Positions 57,576 to 64,000 of a stretch of DNA of 64,000 nt are shown here, in pieces. The notes under the pieces are model-generated. The model did not search any database, was not told the origin of the DNA, and saw only the letters and a program-made list of their open reading frames with translations. The translations under genes were made by a program, and so were the position numbers. The DNA comes from the human T2T-CHM13v2.0 reference genome, Homo sapiens. Within the stretch, counting starts at the first letter, position 1; every line of letters starts with the position of its first letter. Where the stretch lies: NCBI RefSeq assembly GCF_009914755.1, contig NC_060927.1, one strand, 5' to 3'.

Positions 57576-58215
57576 TGCTGTGCCGTAGGCTCCACAGGGC
57601 TGGGGTTGCATCTGTATTTCCCCAGTCCCTAGGATGACCCTCTCAAGAGAAGTTTATTGAAGGAATGAAAGGAAGATAAACGGTGAATCTCAGGTCAGCC
57701 TTGTTGCTAGCTCTGCTCCACTTTCTGTAGTTTCAAAAAACTGACCTCAGTGGCAGAGAGTAACTTTGAAACTTATGTATGTCCTTGGAAAAGGGGAAAA
57801 TAAATGGGCAAAATAAGTCCTTGGTAAAGGAGTTAGAGTTCTTTCTTCTTCGCCCTCAGTGGTCCTGCCCTCTTCAGCTTTTCCTAAAATTTTAACTGAT
57901 TTTTTTTCCCAAAATAATCTATGTTTGATGAAGAAAACTAGAAATGCAGATGGCCCAAAGAAAATATAAATAATCCATAATCCTATTATCTAAATATAAA
58001 AGCTGTTAATATCCTAGGGCATATCCTTCCAGTTCTATATCTATATATATATTTAAAACAAAAGTGAGATTATGCTGCACATATAAATGCAAAGTTTTTG
58101 TAAGTTAAGAGTAATTCCTGAACATTCATTTATTCATTTACCAAATATTTCTAGTTTCCTTCTAGTGCGCAGGTACATATAGGAGAAAAAAAATCATTTC
58201 ATGCCATTATATAGT

Positions 58216-58320
58216 TTTTCTTTCTCTTTCTTCCTTCTTCCTTTCCTTTCCTTTCCTTTCCTTCCCTCCCCCTGCTCCTCCCCCTCCCCCCCTTCCTTCC
58301 TTTCTTTCTCTCTTTCTTTT
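58216..58320. repeat. Polypyrimidine (TTTCC/CCTT)n tract
   Basis: Direct inspection. Confidence 0.9.
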
Positions 58321-58584
58321 TTTGAGACAGGATCTCCCTCTGTTGCCCAGGCTGGAGTGCAGTGCTGCGATCACAGCTCACTGGAGCCTTCTCCTGGGCT
58401 CAAGTGATCCTCCCACTTCAGCCTCCCAAGCAGCTGGGACTACAGGCATGTGCCACCATGCCTGGCTAATTTTTTAGATTTTTTGTAGAGACCGGGTCTC
58501 CCTATGTTACCCAGGCTGATCTGGAATTCCTGGGCTCAAGCGATCCTCTTGACTCAGCCTCCCAGAGTGCTAGGATTACAGGCC
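58317..58584 (-). mobile_element. AluJ within an old L1ME fragment
   Basis: Antisense dimer. Confidence 0.92.
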
Positions 58585-58695
58585 TCCATCATACAGCTTT
58601 CCATAGCATCAGTTTTCATGACTGCATGTTATTAACATCAAATGGCTACACCATAATTTATTCAGCCAATACTCTATTATCAGACATTTAGATGG

Positions 58696-58864
58696 CCTCC
58701 TCCTCTCTTTTTTTCTTCTCTTCCTATACCCTTTCCCCTTCCCTCCCTCCCTCCCTCCTTCCCTCCCTCCATTTCCTCCTTCCCTCCATCCATTTCCTCC
58801 CTCATTCCCTCGATCCATTCCTTTCTTCCTACCTTCTCTCTTCCTCCTCCTCCTCCTCCTTTCT
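58696..58864. repeat. Polypyrimidine (CCCT/CCT)n tract
   Basis: Direct inspection. Confidence 0.9.
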
Positions 58865-60734
58865 ACTATAAATGCTGCCATCATGAACATCTTTGTGGCT
58901 TAACATTTACACATGTCCCTGATGACTTCTACAGAATCAATTTGCCTCTCACTGCTTTGGAAACCACTCGCTGTCACAGAATTTAACCAAGACCACAGGT
59001 CCAGCAGCAAACACACAGACATTTCAAGTGGAAAAATGCGTTTTACTCCTTCTAGTAACACCGGTGGGAGAGTAAGGTTGTAGGAGAAGCAAGGCAGGAT
59101 AGCCAATTCTCACTTGAGATGTGGTTTTCACATTGTCTAAACCTGTTTGGGCACATCAGCCTTTAGCAGGGAGCAACTTTATTGTCTCTTCTGCCAGAGG
59201 CTTCCCAAAATTCTCAACTTCTTTTTTAGTTCCCAGTGAAGAGTCTTGACATTTACAGAGAGTTAAAGAAGAAAACGATGTGCTTGTGGACAAATTAAAA
59301 TAGACAATGCCAACTGGCCGGGAGTCATCATTTCTGTATATGAGAGGTGGGGAGCCCGATCAAAGCCCTGAGTAAACAGCTTACAGACACAAAAGACAAA
59401 GTGTTTTGTTTTCTGAGCACTGGAAATTCAGGAACAACCTGTGTCAGATTTTGCAACCTTTGCAAGAGTTTGGGTATCATAACATAGCGATCTTACTCTT
59501 GGAGCCATTACAGAGCCAATCACCAAACTAACCAGGTTCTTTAACCTGGAAGCTAAAGATGGCTATGGAACCGGCCCCCCCACATCAGATATACATTTGG
59601 GGCACTGGGGAGCAAGTGGGGTTGGAATGAAGGTGTTGGTGACAACATGGTATATTTGCAAAACTACCAAAGTCATTCCCTCTCTCACCTTTGACAATCG
59701 CTGACTGTATACTGACATTTTGAACTTGAAGCATTCTCCAGGTGAGCAAAGGACAAAGGGAGAAAAGATATGCTCTAGTCAAAGAAGGAACACACCTTGT
59801 AAATGTGGGAGGTGACTTCTGGCATTGTATTCTCAAGACATAAGGGGCTGAGCTGCAGGAAGAAGCCACCCAACCCCAAAGCATTTAAGGTCGTGTGGTT
59901 TTCCTGGGTATAAAGCACAGGAAAGAGTCCAGGGGAAGGGAGGAATGCTTTGTTCATAAAATACAAAGCTAAGCAAACAGTGCAGGTTGGAAAGGAATTG
60001 TAATGTTTTAATATTGTGTAAAAGAATAGATGATAAATCCACTTAGAATTGACGGGAGCAGCCGTGTGAATAATCCAAAAAGCATTGCTCCAAGTCTCGA
60101 GAATGAATAATGGGATCGCTTGCCCCAGCATATTTCTCTTTCTAAGTATGTTTCCTGTAGTTTATTGTTAAAATTAATGAGCACTCCCTGAGTGGCTGGG
60201 GAAAGGTGACCTGTATGTTGGGTGACATGAAGAAACCTCCCTGAGGCCAAAACATTCCTGCAGATAATATATGCGTGATCAATGAGAGTTCACTGGGTGT
60301 ATTAATTTTGATTAAAAAAACCCTTGAATCCATTCCTGTTCATTGATAGTTTTAATGTGGTGATTCCAGTGTCCTGCACACGACTAATCACTAAAGTCAT
60401 ATCCTCTGACCTACCATATATTCACTGTCTCTTATGACCCTGTTTTATTTTCTTATTTTATTACCACCGGATGAAATTATCTTGTGTTATTATTTTTTAA
60501 ACTTCGACCAGAATATAAGCTGCAAGAGGTTGAGGAGTCCCGCTGTCCTGTTCACTACAGTATTCTCTATGCCTAATACAGTACCTGGCACATAGTAGGT
60601 GCTCAGTAAATATTTGCAGAGGAAATCAACACGTTTCCATCCAACACACTTTCTAGGAAGAAAGCTAGTGCTCTGTGAAGATTCAGTGTCAGCTGAGCTT
60701 CCTAAAAGATCTTCCACTCTCATCTCTTCTTTCT

Positions 60735-61085
60735 TTTTTTCTATTTAAAAAATTAAGCTATAAGTTACAAACAGTAAAGTACATCCTCCTTAGTGTGCAG
60801 GTCTGAAAGTTTTGATAAATGCATACAGTCACGCAACCACCATAATCAAGGTATGGAATAGATCCATCATTCCCACAGTTCCCCTCGCTACCCCTGGTAA
60901 CCATTGATCTGATTTCTGTCCTTATAGTATGAACCATTTAAATCTGGCTTCTTTCACTTAGCATAATGCATTTGAGATTCATCTATGTTGTATGTATCAT
61001 TAATTAGTTCCTTTCAATTGCCATGTAGTATTCCATTATATGGATATAGCACAGTTTGTTCATCTACTCTCCACTGGAGGGGCAT
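60735..61085 (-). mobile_element. L1M 3' UTR fragment
   Basis: CTGGCTTCTTTCACTTAGCATAATGCATTTGAGATTCATC. Confidence 0.8.
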
Positions 61086-61119
61086 GTTCTCATCTCTTCT
61101 TATATGAAAATGCTGTGCA

Positions 61120-61850
61120 CTCACAGGGGCTAAGAGCAGAATTTTTAGGATCAGAAATAGGATTGGATTCTTGGCCTGTCACCGCTTAGCTGTATGACCT
61201 TTGGACAAGTCAGTGAAATGCTCTATGACTCAGTTTTCTCAAAAAGAGAAGTGAGGATAACTTACATAATTTATTTAGCACAAAGTCTGGCAAATAATAA
61301 GTGCACCATAAATAGTAACTCTAATCATTTTTTGGGGGGAGTTGGGAAAGGTCCTGCTTGAATTTCCCTTGCTCTGATCACCTCACCAATGTTTAATCAT
61401 TCAGTCTTGCTATTTAACTGGTCTGAATCTTATTTTTTTCACCTGAAAAATGAGGGTAATAATACCAGCTTCACATAATTGCTAGCAGACTAAATGGGCT
61501 AATAGGCATAACTATCCTAATGTAGTGTGTTGGCCCAGAAGAAAGGATGGTTAGAATATGGGCACTTGGTGAATATGACTCATATACCATCTTTAAGGCT
61601 TGCAGGAATTAGAAGGAAGCAGAGTTGTATAGATGGGAGATGGAGGAAGGCTCTGGGGTCAAACTGCCTGGGTCCCATTCCCAGCTCTCTGCCTTCCTAC
61701 CTGAGTGAAACTGGACAAATTACTTCACCTCTCTATGTCTGTTTTTTCATCTGACACATGGGGATAATAATAATACCTACCTGAAGGGTTGTTCTGGAGA
61801 TTACAAAAGATAATGCATGTCAGGTGCTTGGGCACACAGACTTCATAAAT
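61120..61850 (-). mobile_element. Cluster of three MIR fragments
   Basis: Repeated CTCAGTTTTCTC / TTCATCTG...ATGGG.ATAATAATA MIR cores. Confidence 0.65.
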
Positions 61851-62779
61851 GACAGCAGGGAAGATGGTTAGATATTGAACATGCCTGACTCCTTTAGATG
61901 GCCTAAGCTTTAGTTATCTTTGTATTATAATATTATATTAGCACACTTTCAAGAACAATGTAGGAGCTCACTGCATGTTTGTTGACCTGAATTAATCTAA
62001 AGAACACATTTCCCTTTGGGTCACATTACGATCTCACATGTTATCATGTATTTTGATATCCAATGTAAACGAATTTTTCAAAGGATATGTTGCAAAACTG
62101 CCAACAGTGAGATTCAGAAAAGCAGTTGAGGATGTACATTATTCTTAAAAGAAGGCTTTCATTAGGATGGTTGCATGAAATTTTTCATATTGGCCACTTC
62201 TTTAGGAGAAATCACCCTTGATTCTTCTGAAAGAGACCTTTGACATTTCACTTGTATTTTCCTTCATAGATGAACACATTGAGTTTCTGTGATGGCCTGG
62301 TAGCCTTTGGACATCAGACTTGTCTGTTTTCTGCTCTAGAATTGGCCTGCTCTGTGACTTCAGGTAAAGTGACTGCCTCCTCTGTGCCATAGGCGCTCCA
62401 TTAGCCACCTGTGTGCATTGCAGTGTTAAATCAACAATTCTTTAAAAGCTGCATGATATCCACAAAGATGGTGGGTGTGTGTTGGGGTGGTGGAAGACAC
62501 TATAGAAGTTATTCTCATTCATTATAAAGAAGTGAGGGGGTTTGGACATTATTTGGTAAGAAGATAGCCTTGTGTAGACTATACTACTCATGCATGTCAA
62601 GTTACTAAGTCCTCATTAAGATCTATTTATGTATTCATTCATTTACTTTAGAATTGTCAACCACTTATGTTGCCCAGCTGTCAAAAGACAGCCACCCTTG
62701 GTGGAGGGCATGTGATTGCATAAGGAAGGTTTTGCATCACATTCTTTTGGCCACTGAAAATGTCAAGGGTCTTTAGGAT

Positions 62780-63122
62780 CAAAACTGGTCCAACTGGAGT
62801 GAATCTCTAAACTGAGGTGGGAACTACCAGAAAAGAGGCTCATTGTTTCCTCCTGGATTTGACATCAGGAGCAGCTGCTGTTGACTGTCCTGACACTCCA
62901 GGAGACACTTCCCAAGAACAGGAGAAGCTGGGCTCAGGAACATAGACAGAAATGAGATCCTAATGACGGGGTCAGAGGCCTGACTCCAAATGTGCCTGAA
63001 AGCCAATCTATTGATGGCTTTTTCAGTTTTGTAAGCCAGTTAGTCTGCTCTCTCATACCTGCTTTCTGGCCTGTGCTGGCTTGGGTTGGGTTGTCTTTGG
63101 CTTGTAATAGAAAGAGTCCTAT
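62780..63122 (+). mobile_element. Old MLT1 (J/L-type) LTR fragment
   Basis: GTGCCTGAAAGCC...TTTTCAGTT...CTTGTAATAGAAAGAGTCCT. Confidence 0.6.
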
Positions 63123-63559
63123 TTAATATTAAAACCAGTTATTTATGAGATCTTGGGGGTAACTTAGCAACTCTGAGCTTCAATTTTCTCATCTGTAAAA
63201 TGGGGATAACTAATTTTTTTTAATTTATTTATTTTGTTTTTGTTTTTCAAGTTTTCTCTTTTTTTAATAAAAAGGGGGATAATTTATAATGTGTAGTTTT
63301 ATTGTGATAATTAGAAATAATACTAGTATATAGTAATACGTGAAGAAAACCAAATGCTTTTCAAATGTCATCTTCCTAGAGAGGGATCCCCGACCCTCCT
63401 ATTTAAAATTTCTAAGCCTCAACCCTCTCCATCTCCATAAGCCTGCTTTATGCTTGTAGCATTTATTTTCTATCTGTGGCAAAGTGATTTCTTTAATGGT
63501 CCCAACTAATGGCTTCCCTGTAACTGCATCTTTTGTCCTGTAACTTTATAGACTATTGC

Positions 63560-63975
63560 CTCTCTGGAGCTGGACTCCATCATGTGACTTTCTTTGGCCA
63601 ATGAGATGTTAGCAACCATGATGTAAGCAAACACTTGAAAAGCATGTGTACATTTCCGTTTGCCTTCTTGCAGGATTGGGTTGTTTGCCTTTGTCCCTGT
63701 CTGACCATGGGAACATGACTGGGCTAGCTGGCTGGAGGGATAGGAGAGAGACATGGACCAGAATGGCCTAGTTTTGTCCAGCTGACCCCAGATGTATGAG
63801 CCCTCAGTTGCAACTTCGCCAGCTGCCTTCCAGACCTGGGAGCAAACCCAGCTGAGACCAGAAGAACTGTCCAGCCTAAATCACTGATTTACAGAATCAG
63901 GAGCTAAATAAATGATTATTGTTTTAAGCCACTGAAATTTGGGGTGGTTCGCTATATAGCACAGGCTACCTGATA
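63560..63975 (+). mobile_element. MLT1H/G-type MaLR LTR
   Basis: CATGTGACTTTCTTTGGCCAATG...AATAAATGATTATTGTTTTAAGCCACTG. Confidence 0.75.
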
Positions 63976-64000
63976 TGCTAACATACCATCTAATTTACTT

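Overview
Primate, human-like non-coding genomic DNA (intronic or intergenic). Interspersed repeats dominate: about 35 Alu/FLAM copies, MIRs, L2 and L1 fragments, hAT-Charlie and Tc1/mariner MITEs, and several ERV/MaLR LTRs. I recognise no protein-coding gene, tRNA, rRNA or CRISPR array. The ORF track is explained by repeats or chance. Best-supported landmarks: a CpG-rich LTR12 (ERV9) solo LTR (310-1753, -), a full-length THE1C MaLR provirus with a perfect 5-bp TSD (15402-17986, -), solo THE1B, MER50-like and LTR47-like LTRs with TSDs, and a MADE1 mariner MITE split by an Alu. The most unusual non-repeat structure is a ~110-bp cassette of exact direct and inverted repeats at 29820-29928 that looks like a recent template-switch product. 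Several strong splice-site pairs in unique sequence hint at a spliced non-coding transcript, but this is unverified. Family and subfamily names come from my recall of consensus sequences, not from a search. Boundaries of old repeats are approximate. I found no evidence for a new biological system beyond these candidates.
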